Origin: Spirochaetia bacterium
GTDB taxonomy: Bacteria; Spirochaetota; Spirochaetia; DSM-2461
Assembly (NCBI GenBank): GCA_963666985.2
Contig: CAXXIA010000002.1
Span: 2,208,001-2,272,000, forward strand
Direction: 5' to 3'
Length of the DNA: 64,000 bases
Part shown: piece after piece, positions 9,599 to 19,329 of the stretch
Layout: each line of letters begins with the position of its first letter
How positions within the stretch are numbered: position 1 is the first letter of the stretch
The notes under the pieces: model-generated
Databases searched by the model: none
Told to the model about the DNA's origin: nothing
What the model saw: the letters and a program-made list of their open reading frames with translations, nothing else
Position numbers and translations under genes: made by a program

Positions 9599-10411
9599 TT
9601 ATCTCTCCGCTTCGTTTAAGAACTCATTAACCTGTTTCAGAAGGGCGGCGGGATTTTCCGGTTCGGTGAAAATCTCCAGGGAAATCCAATCCTTGTAGCC
9701 GATTTCCTTGAGAGCCGTGAAGGAATTTTTGAATTCCGGGCGCATCACCGTCGGTGCGGCGCCGCCTTTATCATTTATGTGGACATGGAATATATGGGAG
9801 GCATGGGCTCGGATGAGTGCGGGCCAATCATCCGTTTCATCGTCCGTGTTGTGGAAATCAAACATTCCGCCGATACCGGGCCGATTGATGCCGTCGATAA
9901 CGCTTCTGGCCTCTTCGAGAGTATTCACGACATCGGTGAACTCGGAAGGAAGAGCTTCCACGAGAAGGCGGCATCCCGAGGCATCAACATCATCCGCGAC
10001 CGATTCGAGTCCCTTGATAAAAAGTTTAAGAGCTTCGCTCGAATCCATACCGTCACGTCCGGCGCGCTGGGAGGGCGAGCCGAGGGTTAAGGGGCCTCCT
10101 CCCAATTCTCCGGCCATATCGGCCAGTCTTCGGATATGATCCCAGGAACGCATGCGCAATTTCTCATCGGCGGCCGTAACATGAAGACCTTCGGGGCCGA
10201 CCAGGAGCCAGTGAAGTCCGGCGAATGAAACGCCTTCTCCGTTCAGAACACGGCGAACTTCGGCCAGGGGAGCGGAGAGATTCCCGGAGAAATCGCCGAA
10301 TATGGTGTGAGGAGCCAGTTCGACTCCTGAAAAACCGGAAGACTTGATTGTTTTTATTGATTCGGAGAAAGATCTGTTTCCAAAAAGTTCGTTGCATATT
10401 GCTTTGTTCAT
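9599..10411 (-). CDS. Sugar phosphate isomerase/epimerase (D-tagatose/psicose 3-epimerase-like)
   Basis: GVELAP, GSP, VEAL, FDFHN, HVHIND and SLEIF motifs. Confidence 0.85.
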   Translation of the reverse strand: MNKAICNELFGNRSFSESIKTIKSSGFSGVELAPHTIFGDFSGNLSAPLAEVRRVLNGEGVSFAGLHWLLVGPEGLHVTAADEKLRMRSWDHIRRLADMAGELGGGPLTLGSPSQRAGRDGMDSSEALKLFIKGLESVADDVDASGCRLLVEALPSEFTDVVNTLEEARSVIDGINRPGIGGMFDFHNTDDETDDWPALIRAHASHIFHVHINDKGGAAPTVMRPEFKNSFTALKEIGYKDWISLEIFTEPENPAALLKQVNEFLNEAER

Positions 10412-10535
10412 CTTTGTCTTCTCGTCCCTATTTTGAATATTCTTGGCGAATTCCGTTATATTATTGCCGGATATTCAATAAGAACAACCGGTTCTTCGAT
10501 TGAAGAGCGGGAAAAGATAAGCCTTTGGAGGAATC

Positions 10536-11732
10536 ATGGCGAAACATAATGCGGTAATAGGTCAATCCGGCGGTCCGACGAGCGTTATTAACGCAAGTCT
10601 TGCGGGCGTGATGGAGGCCGTGGCCGGCCATGATGAAATCGGGACTCTTTTCGGAATGCGCGGCGCCATTGAGGGACTTCTCCATGAGGATTTCCATAAT
10701 CTTTCTTCGGAATCCGATCGGACGATTCGGGGGCTTCTTGCAACGCCTTCCTCCGCGCTCGGTTCCTCCCGCCATAAACTGACCGATGATGAGCTGCCCC
10801 AAATCAAAGAGATTCTTGAGCGGCACGATATCCGCTATTTCTTTTTGATCGGCGGAAACGACACCATGGATACCATTCACCGTGTTGAGAAGTATTGCCG
10901 TGAGAACGGATATGAGCTCTTTGCCGTCGGGATTCCCAAGACGGTGGACAACGATTTGTACGGAACGGATCATACGCCGGGCTTTCCTTCGGCGGCCCGC
11001 AACAATATGCTCTCGGTTCAGCAGGCGGGGCGTCTTGCGCGGGATATGCGGAACGTGGATAAGTTTACGATTTATCAGACAATCGGCAGGGATGCCGGCT
11101 GGCTGGCCGCTTCAACGGCCGCCGCGAGAAGGAGCGAGGCTGATCCTCCGCATCTCATTTACTGTCCGGAGCGAGTATTCAATAAGATTGAGTTCCTTGA
11201 AGACGCGAAGAACCGGATTGATGAAATCGGGTATGTGAGCATCGTCGTCAGTGAAGGAATCAAATACGGGAACGGAATGCCGGTGAGCGCCGCAACGGAT
11301 ACGGACAGCTTTAAAAACGTCGAGTACGGAGCCATGGGCGGCGCCAGTGTCGGTATGCGGATTCACCGGATGCTTGCCGATGAGACCGGCTTTCGGGGAG
11401 AGTTCCAGGTAACAGAATCCCTGCCCATGTGCGCGATTGACCGGGCGGTGAGAGCGGATATTCAGCGTGCGCGGGAAGCGGGCGCGGCCGCGGTAGACAT
11501 GGTCTGTTCCGGGGAATCCGGATGGATGGTGAGTATCGAGCGATCATCGGATTCTCAGCCGATCTTCACGTTCGGGCGCACCGAACTGGAGCAGGTGGCG
11601 ATTAGGGCAAAGGCCATGCCGGATGAGTACTTCAATTCCCGCGGCAATCATGTAACCGAATTATTCCTGGACTATGTTAAGCCGCTGATCGGTCCCGTGC
11701 CGGAATACGTCAGTTTGGGCGAAGAGTCATAA
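10536..11732 (+). CDS. pfp: 6-phosphofructokinase family protein, PPi-dependent signature
   Basis: GQSGGP, GGND and PKTVDND (Asp/Lys at the PPi-specificity positions); SD GGAGG. Confidence 0.85.
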   Translation: MAKHNAVIGQSGGPTSVINASLAGVMEAVAGHDEIGTLFGMRGAIEGLLHEDFHNLSSESDRTIRGLLATPSSALGSSRHKLTDDELPQIKEILERHDIRYFFLIGGNDTMDTIHRVEKYCRENGYELFAVGIPKTVDNDLYGTDHTPGFPSAARNNMLSVQQAGRLARDMRNVDKFTIYQTIGRDAGWLAASTAAARRSEADPPHLIYCPERVFNKIEFLEDAKNRIDEIGYVSIVVSEGIKYGNGMPVSAATDTDSFKNVEYGAMGGASVGMRIHRMLADETGFRGEFQVTESLPMCAIDRAVRADIQRAREAGAAAVDMVCSGESGWMVSIERSSDSQPIFTFGRTELEQVAIRAKAMPDEYFNSRGNHVTELFLDYVKPLIGPVPEYVSLGEES

Positions 11733-11785
11733 GCGCAGTTCAACGGCGAAGGAGATTCCTTCCATCTTGGACCGCCGCTACTGAT

Positions 11786-11842
11786 ATCTAACGGAAACTT
11801 ATCTTTTCTCTAACCGCTTCTTCATGGAATCCGTGCGATCGT
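11786..11842 (+). repeat. Direct repeat copy 1 (orphan copy of the phnG upstream region)
   Basis: 48/57 identity to 21500-21556 by manual alignment, including an identical 26-bp core CTTCTTCATGGAATCCGTGCGATCGT. Confidence 0.9.
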
Positions 11843-11946
11843 CAATCCAAGAACAGCCGGGTGAATTAGTGTTGATTTGATTGCTGCATACCGCACTGTA
11901 AAAAGCTGTCCGGACTAAAGTCTTGATTTCACTGATTGTGCATCTT

Positions 11947-12996
11947 TTATCGATTATAGTCGTTCAGAGAAGACGCCAATTCCCTCATTTCATCAACATC
12001 GTAACGCTGATCAATTTGGATAGAACATATATGGCTATAAATCTCTTTTGCCCCCGGATATGCTTCAATATCATCAATCATTGGAGGAACCGGCCAGTAC
12101 ACGGTACTTCCGATGCCGGCGGATTCCAGGTGATGGCGAAAGTCTTCTCTGTTGTCGGCATAAACACTGAGATGACTAGGGGTTGCTTGGCCGATTAAAT
12201 CCGGGAAAATGAGTTTCCATCCTTCCTGGCGCTCCAAATGGGTTAATATGCACCGGTAGTTTTCTCTTCTTTTGGCTATCATTCGATCATATGGAAAGTA
12301 TTCCAGGATGGATCGGGACAATTGGTCGCTGCCGAATGAATCAAATTTTCTTCGCAGCTCCAGTTCGTTTTCCCAGAACAATGTCCGCGATTTATCATCA
12401 TCCGTCTGATCTGCTCCGTGCGCGTTTTCTTCAACAGAGTTCAGGAAGTTATATCGTCCTTCCAAATATTCCATGTCGGCGGGGATAAGTGCTATGGAAA
12501 AGGACGCGGATCGTTTTACCGCGATTCCTCCACAAGCTACCCCCATCCATTTTCGGAGGCTTCCAGCCAGATAATCCGACATAGGATTCGGTTCGAAAGG
12601 CGTATGTGTTATATCCTGAAGGATTAAAATATTGCGGTCTTTGCAGATCTTTAAAAAACCTGAATCATAGGTTGAAAAACCATAATAACCGCATAAAGAA
12701 AATACGGAAACACCGTCAAGATTCTCTTCTATAAATCGGGGTTTTAGTCCCTCGGGATCGATATCATAAAAACGACATTTGTAGCCGGCTTTCTTATAAC
12801 AATCCAGAACGGTTTCACAAGTGTAAGCAGGAACATATGCTACTCTTCTATTATCATTGGGGCGTATATCAAGCAAGCATGAGTAAATTGCACATCGCCC
12901 GGACATGGAGAAAAGAACATCTGCTCCAAGTGAATTAGGATATGTTTGTTTCTTAATCCCTACTTTCTCCAAAGGAAACATTTTTCCGATAATCAT
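11947..12996 (-). CDS. PLP-dependent DegT/DnrJ/EryC1-like fold-type-I protein
   Basis: SGRCAI, VPAYTCETV, QDITH, SLRKW (probable PLP Lys), RRENY, VYWP and IDQRY motifs. Confidence 0.7.
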   Translation of the reverse strand: MIIGKMFPLEKVGIKKQTYPNSLGADVLFSMSGRCAIYSCLLDIRPNDNRRVAYVPAYTCETVLDCYKKAGYKCRFYDIDPEGLKPRFIEENLDGVSVFSLCGYYGFSTYDSGFLKICKDRNILILQDITHTPFEPNPMSDYLAGSLRKWMGVACGGIAVKRSASFSIALIPADMEYLEGRYNFLNSVEENAHGADQTDDDKSRTLFWENELELRRKFDSFGSDQLSRSILEYFPYDRMIAKRRENYRCILTHLERQEGWKLIFPDLIGQATPSHLSVYADNREDFRHHLESAGIGSTVYWPVPPMIDDIEAYPGAKEIYSHICSIQIDQRYDVDEMRELASSLNDYNR

Positions 12997-13001
12997 ATTT
13001 C

Positions 13002-14078
13002 TTAAAACGAAGCTATTATTTCAGGTGTTATTGTCTTTAAAATATTCACAGCCAAGTCAACAGCTCCTTTGTAGTCACTGTACGAAGAAATGCCGTAATG
13101 CGTATGAGCATATCTAACCGGAACACCGATTACAATTGAAGGAACACCCATATTGGAAATATGAATAGGTGCGCCATTGGTGGCACCTCCGGTTCTGACC
13201 GCGGTTTGTACCGATATATCCGATTTTTTTGCCAGATCAATTGCATAACGCTGAAACCGAGGATTCGTTATCATTCTGGCATCTATATGGCGGAGCATAG
13301 GTCCTTTTTTCAAAACCGTTTGCGCTCTATACTCAGGAACCACCGTGTCGTCGGCCGGACATCCTTCAAAAATAATCGCTAAATCTGGCGATATCCTGTT
13401 TGTGCAGACATATTCGCCTCGAGTTCCGACTTCTTCTTGTGCGGCGAAAACTCCTACAAGATTAATCTGAAGATCATTTTCGGACAGTTCTTCGAGTGTT
13501 GATAAAACAGCCGCACAACCGAGACGGTTATCAAAGGCTTTGCCCATCAAAATGTCATTTTTTTCATCATATGAGCAAATTGCTTCCGGCGTAATAGGAG
13601 CTCCAATATCAATATTATAGACGTTTTCAATTTCTTCGGCGGAACGGGCGCCGACATCAATAACCATCGAATCGATGGATAAAGGTTTCTTTTGTTCTTC
13701 TTCCGAAAGAAAATGCGGAGGCTTACTTGCCACGATACCGGATAAATAATCGCCCTTACGATTTTTAATACGGACCATATGTGCGGGAATATTAAACGGC
13801 ACCCAGCCGCCTATGGGAATAAACTCAATCATTCCATCGGGACGTACGGCCTTAACCATGAAACCCACTTCATCGGAATGTGCGTCAAGCTGTACTTTTA
13901 AGCGACCTTCCTTATTCCGCTTGCGTTCAAGATAGAGATTTCGAAGACTGTCTTCGCTAAAGGAACCAAGTCCCTCGCCCTCTTTTCTGAGAAGTGAAAG
14001 GACGCTATCCTCAAAACCTGAAATCCCATTTTCATTGCTGAGCCGTTTGATTCTCTGAATATTTTTTTCTTTATCCAT
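13002..14078 (-). CDS. M42 family metallo-aminopeptidase
   Basis: DAHSDEVG, KAFDNRLG, QEEVG and RYAHT motifs. Confidence 0.92.
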   Translation of the reverse strand: MDKEKNIQRIKRLSNENGISGFEDSVLSLLRKEGEGLGSFSEDSLRNLYLERKRNKEGRLKVQLDAHSDEVGFMVKAVRPDGMIEFIPIGGWVPFNIPAHMVRIKNRKGDYLSGIVASKPPHFLSEEEQKKPLSIDSMVIDVGARSAEEIENVYNIDIGAPITPEAICSYDEKNDILMGKAFDNRLGCAAVLSTLEELSENDLQINLVGVFAAQEEVGTRGEYVCTNRISPDLAIIFEGCPADDTVVPEYRAQTVLKKGPMLRHIDARMITNPRFQRYAIDLAKKSDISVQTAVRTGGATNGAPIHISNMGVPSIVIGVPVRYAHTHYGISSYSDYKGAVDLAVNILKTITPEIIASF

Positions 14079-14084
14079 CTATTT

Positions 14085-14846
14085 CTACAATTTAACTGTC
14101 TTAAATTCTTTTAAAAATGACACCATAAAATCAGCGAAAGTCTGAAGCATTTCCGTTCCCCATTCCTCCGTAGCATATTTGGGATGGTCCGGCCCTATCC
14201 ATCCGTTGGTTGTCACATGGTTTGTAAGCCTGGGAACCGTTACGGTGATATTGTTATATTCGACGGTATTAAATCCCGATCCTTTTATGTTTTCTGAAAG
14301 ATTGGTAACCTCAAGAGGCAGATTAATATAATCGGCATCAATTAAATTCGGATTTACAGCCATAACACCCGCAGTTTCTTCCGCTCCGCCATGGCCGCCT
14401 TTCCATTCCTGTTTCATCTCCCAGACATTAAGCCACCAATTCAGAATCGCCATGAGACATCCGTCGGAATCAAGTTCGTATCCTATTCGCTCAAGAGATT
14501 TAATATTCCCTCCGTGACCATTAAGGATTATGAACTTGCGAGCTCCATGACGTTTGAAATTCTCAACGATTTTTTTTACCAGCTCATAGAGAAGATCCGT
14601 TCCCAGATTGATGGTTCCCGGGAACTGATAAAGGCTTTCACATGCACCGTAGGGAATGGTTGGGGCAATGAGGATTTCATCATTCTGACGGCGCACCAAT
14701 TCAATTATTTTATCGGGGATGAGCGTATCCGTTCCCAGCGGGAGGTGTTTCCCATGACATTCAATGCTGCCGATGGGAATAATAACCATATCAGATTTTT
14801 TGAAATATTCTTCAGCCTTTAGCCAGGTTATTTCAGATAATAACAT
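14085..14846 (-). CDS. Creatininase/creatinine amidohydrolase family protein
   Basis: GSIECHGKHLPLGTD, NGHGGN and HGGAEET motifs; start placed at 14846 behind SD GGAGG. Confidence 0.92.
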   Translation of the reverse strand: MLLSEITWLKAEEYFKKSDMVIIPIGSIECHGKHLPLGTDTLIPDKIIELVRRQNDEILIAPTIPYGACESLYQFPGTINLGTDLLYELVKKIVENFKRHGARKFIILNGHGGNIKSLERIGYELDSDGCLMAILNWWLNVWEMKQEWKGGHGGAEETAGVMAVNPNLIDADYINLPLEVTNLSENIKGSGFNTVEYNNITVTVPRLTNHVTTNGWIGPDHPKYATEEWGTEMLQTFADFMVSFLKEFKTVKL

Positions 14847-14858
14847 GTTACCTCCATA

Positions 14859-14895
14859 GCGGCGAAAAAGAGCCATTATCCCTCTTTTTCGCCGC
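14859..14895. other. Intercistronic stem-loop after the solute-binding protein gene
   Basis: GCGGCGAAAAAGAG-N9-CTCTTTTTCGCCGC perfect 14-bp stem; likely an mRNA stabiliser or attenuator. Confidence 0.7.
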
Positions 14896-14907
14896 GTATC
14901 GCCTTTT

Positions 14908-16440
14908 CTAATTGCGAACAGCTACATTCTGAAGCTTGTGATAACCAATGGGATCAAGAATAAAATCTTCAACATCGGCATTAGCACCCGCAGTAATGGC
15001 GGTGAAAATTATCGGAGCGTTATTCGCGATGTCTTTTAAGAGAATCGCAAGATCTTTGTAAGCTTGAAGCCGAACATCATTATCGGTGTTGGTTCTGGCA
15101 AGCTCAATCAATCTGTCAACTTCCGGATCATTGATGAAAGTTCTGTTTCCAGCCGCTCCCTGCTGAGAGGAATGCTCAAGAGAATAGTATGTATAATCCG
15201 CATCCTTTGAAGATGTTACCCAACCGAAGTACCCCATGTCATGTTCTCCGTTTGTCGAGCGCTGAATAAAAGTGCCGAATTCCATAACTTCAATTTTGCA
15301 TGTAATGCCGATTTCCCGGAGCATCTCCTGGATGGCTTGGCACATTTCCACCCGAATCTGGTTATTGTTTACCCAGAGACTGCATGAAAAACCATTGGGA
15401 TAACCGGCTTCAGCCAAAAGCGCCTTTGCCTTTTCAGGATTATATTCATACAATCCCGCGGAATAGTAACCGTAAACTGCCGGGGCGATGATGGCGTCGG
15501 CGGGAGAGCCGGTACCGCTGTTAACCGTATCAACCAGAAGCTGACGATCGATTGCATAATTTATCGCTTGGCGGACCAATTTGTTGTCAAACGGAGCTTT
15601 CTTCATGTTCATGGAAATGTAAAAACAGGTAAGTGAAGGAGCTTCGTAAAGAACTAAATCATCGTTTTCTTTGATTCGTTCAAGATCGGAAGTAAGAGGA
15701 TCATAACAAAGATCAACTTCTCCGGTTTCAAGAGCAATGGTTCTTTGAGCCGCTTCGGGTATAACTTTCATAACCAGATACTTGGTCTTTGGTGTTCCGG
15801 CATAGTAATCCTCAAACGCTTCAAGTTTGCAGTAATCACTTTGCTCCCAGGTAACGAATTTATAGGGACCTGATCCGACCGGCTGAGTTTTGAGGATATC
15901 CGGATTGGCTTCCACATAATCCTTGGGGACAATACCGGCAAAGGGAACGGCCAAGTTTCGTAAAGCCGGGGCATAGGGTGCCTTGGTTGTTACGATAATG
16001 GTATATTCATCTTCAATTTTTACTTCGCTGATGAAATCTACAATATAAGAAACCGCGGCGCTGGCAATAGCTCTGTCCAGAGAAAATTTAACATCTTCCG
16101 CCGTCAGATCTTCACCATTGTGAAATTTCATGCCCTTCCGGATGAAAAAGCGATAAGAAACATCTGAAATTTGTTTCCATCTTTCGGCAATTTGAGGTAC
16201 CACTTCGCCGGAAGCGGAGTCGACATCTACCAGGGTATCGTAGATATGATTCGTTACCGCGACCGCCGGTGTTTCTTTGCCGATATGGGGATCGAACGAG
16301 GTTACATCCGCGCCTTGGGCAAAGACGATAGTGTCTTTATAGCCGTTGGAAGATGCGGACGTACCGTCATTTGATCCGTTTGCACAAACCATTGATGCAG
16401 CCATCAATAGAAACAGTAAAACCGAAAGAACTTTTTTCAT
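14908..16440 (-). CDS. Peptide/nickel-type ABC transporter substrate-binding protein (family 5)
   Basis: Signal peptide; IYDTLV, FHNGEDLTAEDVKFS, PVGSGPY and VRQAINYAID motifs. Confidence 0.93.
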   Translation of the reverse strand: MKKVLSVLLFLLMAASMVCANGSNDGTSASSNGYKDTIVFAQGADVTSFDPHIGKETPAVAVTNHIYDTLVDVDSASGEVVPQIAERWKQISDVSYRFFIRKGMKFHNGEDLTAEDVKFSLDRAIASAAVSYIVDFISEVKIEDEYTIIVTTKAPYAPALRNLAVPFAGIVPKDYVEANPDILKTQPVGSGPYKFVTWEQSDYCKLEAFEDYYAGTPKTKYLVMKVIPEAAQRTIALETGEVDLCYDPLTSDLERIKENDDLVLYEAPSLTCFYISMNMKKAPFDNKLVRQAINYAIDRQLLVDTVNSGTGSPADAIIAPAVYGYYSAGLYEYNPEKAKALLAEAGYPNGFSCSLWVNNNQIRVEMCQAIQEMLREIGITCKIEVMEFGTFIQRSTNGEHDMGYFGWVTSSKDADYTYYSLEHSSQQGAAGNRTFINDPEVDRLIELARTNTDNDVRLQAYKDLAILLKDIANNAPIIFTAITAGANADVEDFILDPIGYHKLQNVAVRN

Positions 16441-16491
16441 TCTTTTCTCCTTTTAAAATTGATAACTATAATCTCCCGTTCCACAGGAGTA

Positions 16492-17460
16492 TTAAATCTT
16501 TGCTAATTTAAGACATGCGACAAAATGCTTAGGTTTAATTTCCACCAGCGGTATCTCCTCGCGGCGGCAGGCTTCATCGGCCATTGGACAGCGCTGTGCG
16601 AAACGACATCCCGGTTTCGGATTTATGGGACTGATTAATTCACCCTCCAAAAGAACTCTTTTTACTTGAAAATCAGGATCGGGAACCGGTATTGCGGAAA
16701 GAAGGGCTTGGGTGTATGGATGAAGAGGATTTTCAAACAGACTGTCCGCGGGAGCCTTTTCAACCATTTTCCCTAAATACATAACGAGAATATCAGTGGA
16801 AAGGTGTTTAACCACTGATAAATCATGGGTAATAAAAAGATAAGTAAATCCAAATTTTTCCTGCAAATCCTGCATTAAATTCAGGACTTGTGCCTGAATG
16901 GAAACATCCAAAGCCGATACGGGTTCGTCACAAACAATAAATTGAGGATTTAATGCAATAACTCGGGCAATACCAACCCGCTGACGCCTTCCTCCATCCA
17001 GTTCATGGGGATAACTGTTTATCAATCTGGGAGCAATCCCGACCATTTCCATTAAATCTGAAATTCGTTTCTCAAGATTTTTTTTATCACGAGGCTTATA
17101 TAACTTTTGAATCAGCAGGCTTTCCGCAATTGTCTGTCCGACAGTCATCCTGGGATTAAGGGACGCAAACGGATCTTGAAATATAATCTGCATTTTTCTT
17201 CGCAGATTTTTCATTTCCGTCTTTCCGACTTGTCCCAAATCCAGACCGTCAAACCAAACATTACCGTCGGTCGGTTCATGCAGACGAAGAATGGTTCTGC
17301 CCAGGGTCGATTTTCCGCAGCCGGATTCTCCCACAACACCGAGAGTTTCACCTTTTTTGATGGAAAAAGAGACATCATCCACCGCATGAAGATTCCCTGA
17401 AGGGGTATCAAAATACTTTTTTAAACGTTCCACCTTTATCAGTGTCTTTTTATCCGTCAT
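16492..17460 (-). CDS. Oligopeptide ABC transporter ATPase (OppF/DppF-like)
   Basis: GESGCGKS, YPHELDGGRRQR, CDEPVSALD and C-terminal GCRF..RC motif. Confidence 0.93.
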   Translation of the reverse strand: MTDKKTLIKVERLKKYFDTPSGNLHAVDDVSFSIKKGETLGVVGESGCGKSTLGRTILRLHEPTDGNVWFDGLDLGQVGKTEMKNLRRKMQIIFQDPFASLNPRMTVGQTIAESLLIQKLYKPRDKKNLEKRISDLMEMVGIAPRLINSYPHELDGGRRQRVGIARVIALNPQFIVCDEPVSALDVSIQAQVLNLMQDLQEKFGFTYLFITHDLSVVKHLSTDILVMYLGKMVEKAPADSLFENPLHPYTQALLSAIPVPDPDFQVKRVLLEGELISPINPKPGCRFAQRCPMADEACRREEIPLVEIKPKHFVACLKLAKI

Positions 17461-17461
17461 A

Positions 17462-18433
17462 TCAGTCCTTATCCCGGAGAAAACATCTTACGGCATGTCC
17501 GTTTCCCAGATCCTTCAGGGGCGGTATTCGCTGAAAGCATGATTCAACAGAAAGCTTGCACCGAGGATTGAATTTGCATCCTACCGGAAGATCCGTCGGA
17601 TCCGGCATCATACCGGCGATGGGATTGAGCCGTTTAACCTTTTTCGCTAAAGAAGGAATCGATTCCAGTAAACCTATGGTATAGGGATGCTGAGGATTCT
17701 TGAAAATTTGCTGAATAGTTCCGGTTTCAACGATTTCTCCGGCATAAATTACAGCGACCCTATCACAGTTTTGTGCCACCACTCCCAGATCATGAGTAAT
17801 AAGAAGCATGGCCGCGTTTGTTTGTTCTTTCAGCTTTCCAATCATTTCCAGAATTTGAGCCTGAATGGTAACGTCGAGTGCCGTTGTCGGTTCGTCGGCG
17901 ATGAGAAGTTTTGGATTACATGCCAGAGATATGGCAATAATTACCCGTTGTTTCATGCCGCCGGAGAATTGATGCGGGTATTCATTAATACGATCCGAAG
18001 AGATGCCGACCAGTTCCAGCATTTCCCGGGCTTTGTTTTTTAATTGATCTTTTGAAAGCTGCGGGTTATGAACGGAAATAACTTCTTCAATTTGATCTCC
18101 CACAGTCAGTATGGGATTAAGACTTGTCATGGGATCCTGAAAAATCATGGAAACGGATTTTCCTCGGACCTTCAGCATTTCCAATTCATTCAACCGGAGT
18201 AAATCTCGGTTTTCAAGAAATACGGATCCCTCAACAATCTTTCCGGGCGGAGAGGGAATAAGACGCATAATAGAGCGGGCAAGGGTTGTTTTCCCCGCGC
18301 CGGTTTCACCCACCAGGCCAAGTGTTTCTCCTTCCCGCACTTCTAGAGACACTTGGTTTAATGCCTGAACCGTACCGTCATCCGTTTTATAGTGAACCGT
18401 AAGATTCCGTACTCTTAAAAAAGCTTCATCCAT
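17462..18433 (-). CDS. Oligopeptide ABC transporter ATPase (OppD/DppD-like)
   Basis: [20 protein letters not shown] and ADEPTTALD; start at 18433 behind SD GGAG. Confidence 0.93.
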   Translation of the reverse strand: MDEAFLRVRNLTVHYKTDDGTVQALNQVSLEVREGETLGLVGETGAGKTTLARSIMRLIPSPPGKIVEGSVFLENRDLLRLNELEMLKVRGKSVSMIFQDPMTSLNPILTVGDQIEEVISVHNPQLSKDQLKNKAREMLELVGISSDRINEYPHQFSGGMKQRVIIAISLACNPKLLIADEPTTALDVTIQAQILEMIGKLKEQTNAAMLLITHDLGVVAQNCDRVAVIYAGEIVETGTIQQIFKNPQHPYTIGLLESIPSLAKKVKRLNPIAGMMPDPTDLPVGCKFNPRCKLSVESCFQRIPPLKDLGNGHAVRCFLRDKD

Positions 18434-18444
18434 GACGCATCTCC

Positions 18445-19329
18445 TCAATTCTTCAGGTGAGGATCAAGGGCGTCGCGAAGACCGTCACCCATAACATTCA
18501 GCGCCAGAATATTCAGCATGATGCCAAGACCCGGTATTACCGTAATATGCCATCCCTGACGAATATATGTTCGGGCATTTGAGAGCATGGATCCCCACTC
18601 CGGCGTAGGCGGCTGAATACCGAGTCCCAGAAAGGAAAGTCCGGCAATTGAAAGAATAGCCCCGGCTACGCCAAGAGTCGCCTGAACAATAAGCGGAGCC
18701 AGAGAATTGGGGATGATGTATTTGAATATAATTCTCCCGTCTCCGGCCCCCAGAGCCCGGGCCGCCTCAATAAACTCCTGATCTTTAATAGTGAGAACCG
18801 ACGCGCGGACGGTTCGAGCGAATGTCGGTATATAACTGATGGCAATCGCAATCAGCAGATTTACTAAGCTCGTACCCAAAGCCGCAACAATGGCGGTGGC
18901 GAGCAGCATCGATGGAATTGCAAGAAGGATATCCATAAAGCGCATAATGAAATTATCCGTAATCTTGCCGTGGTATCCCGACAAAGCCCCCAGTACACCG
19001 CCGATTACCGCGGACATTGCGATTGCGATTGTTCCCATAAAGAGGGAATAACGAATCCCCCAAATCATGCGGAGAAGAATATCGCGGCCGAATTCGTCCA
19101 GACCAAAAATATGTTCCCTGCTGGGCCCTTTGAGTCTTAGGCGCAAATTCTGTTTGATAACGTGGTTATTATAGAAACTGTTGTGTGTCGTAATATCTAT
19201 TGCAATGGTGATAAGTGCTGTCAGTATCATGATGAGAAGGAACACCATACCGATGAGCGCCAATCGGTTTTTCTTAAACCGCCGCCATGTTTCCCCCCCC
19301 AGGGAACGAACTTTCGTTGTCTCGCTCAT
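18445..19329 (-). CDS. Oligopeptide ABC transporter permease (OppC/DppC-like)
   Basis: FGLDEFGRD, EAA loop (FIEAARALGA), PPTPEWG and GDGLRDALDP. Confidence 0.93.
   Translation of the reverse strand: MSETTKVRSLGGETWRRFKKNRLALIGMVFLLIMILTALITIAIDITTHNSFYNNHVIKQNLRLRLKGPSREHIFGLDEFGRDILLRMIWGIRYSLFMGTIAIAMSAVIGGVLGALSGYHGKITDNFIMRFMDILLAIPSMLLATAIVAALGTSLVNLLIAIAISYIPTFARTVRASVLTIKDQEFIEAARALGAGDGRIIFKYIIPNSLAPLIVQATLGVAGAILSIAGLSFLGLGIQPPTPEWGSMLSNARTYIRQGWHITVIPGLGIMLNILALNVMGDGLRDALDPHLKN

Noticed and set aside
9390..9698. 102-aa plus-strand ORF between the isomerase genes
   Set aside because: Translation of the palindromic repeat; no SD or domain.
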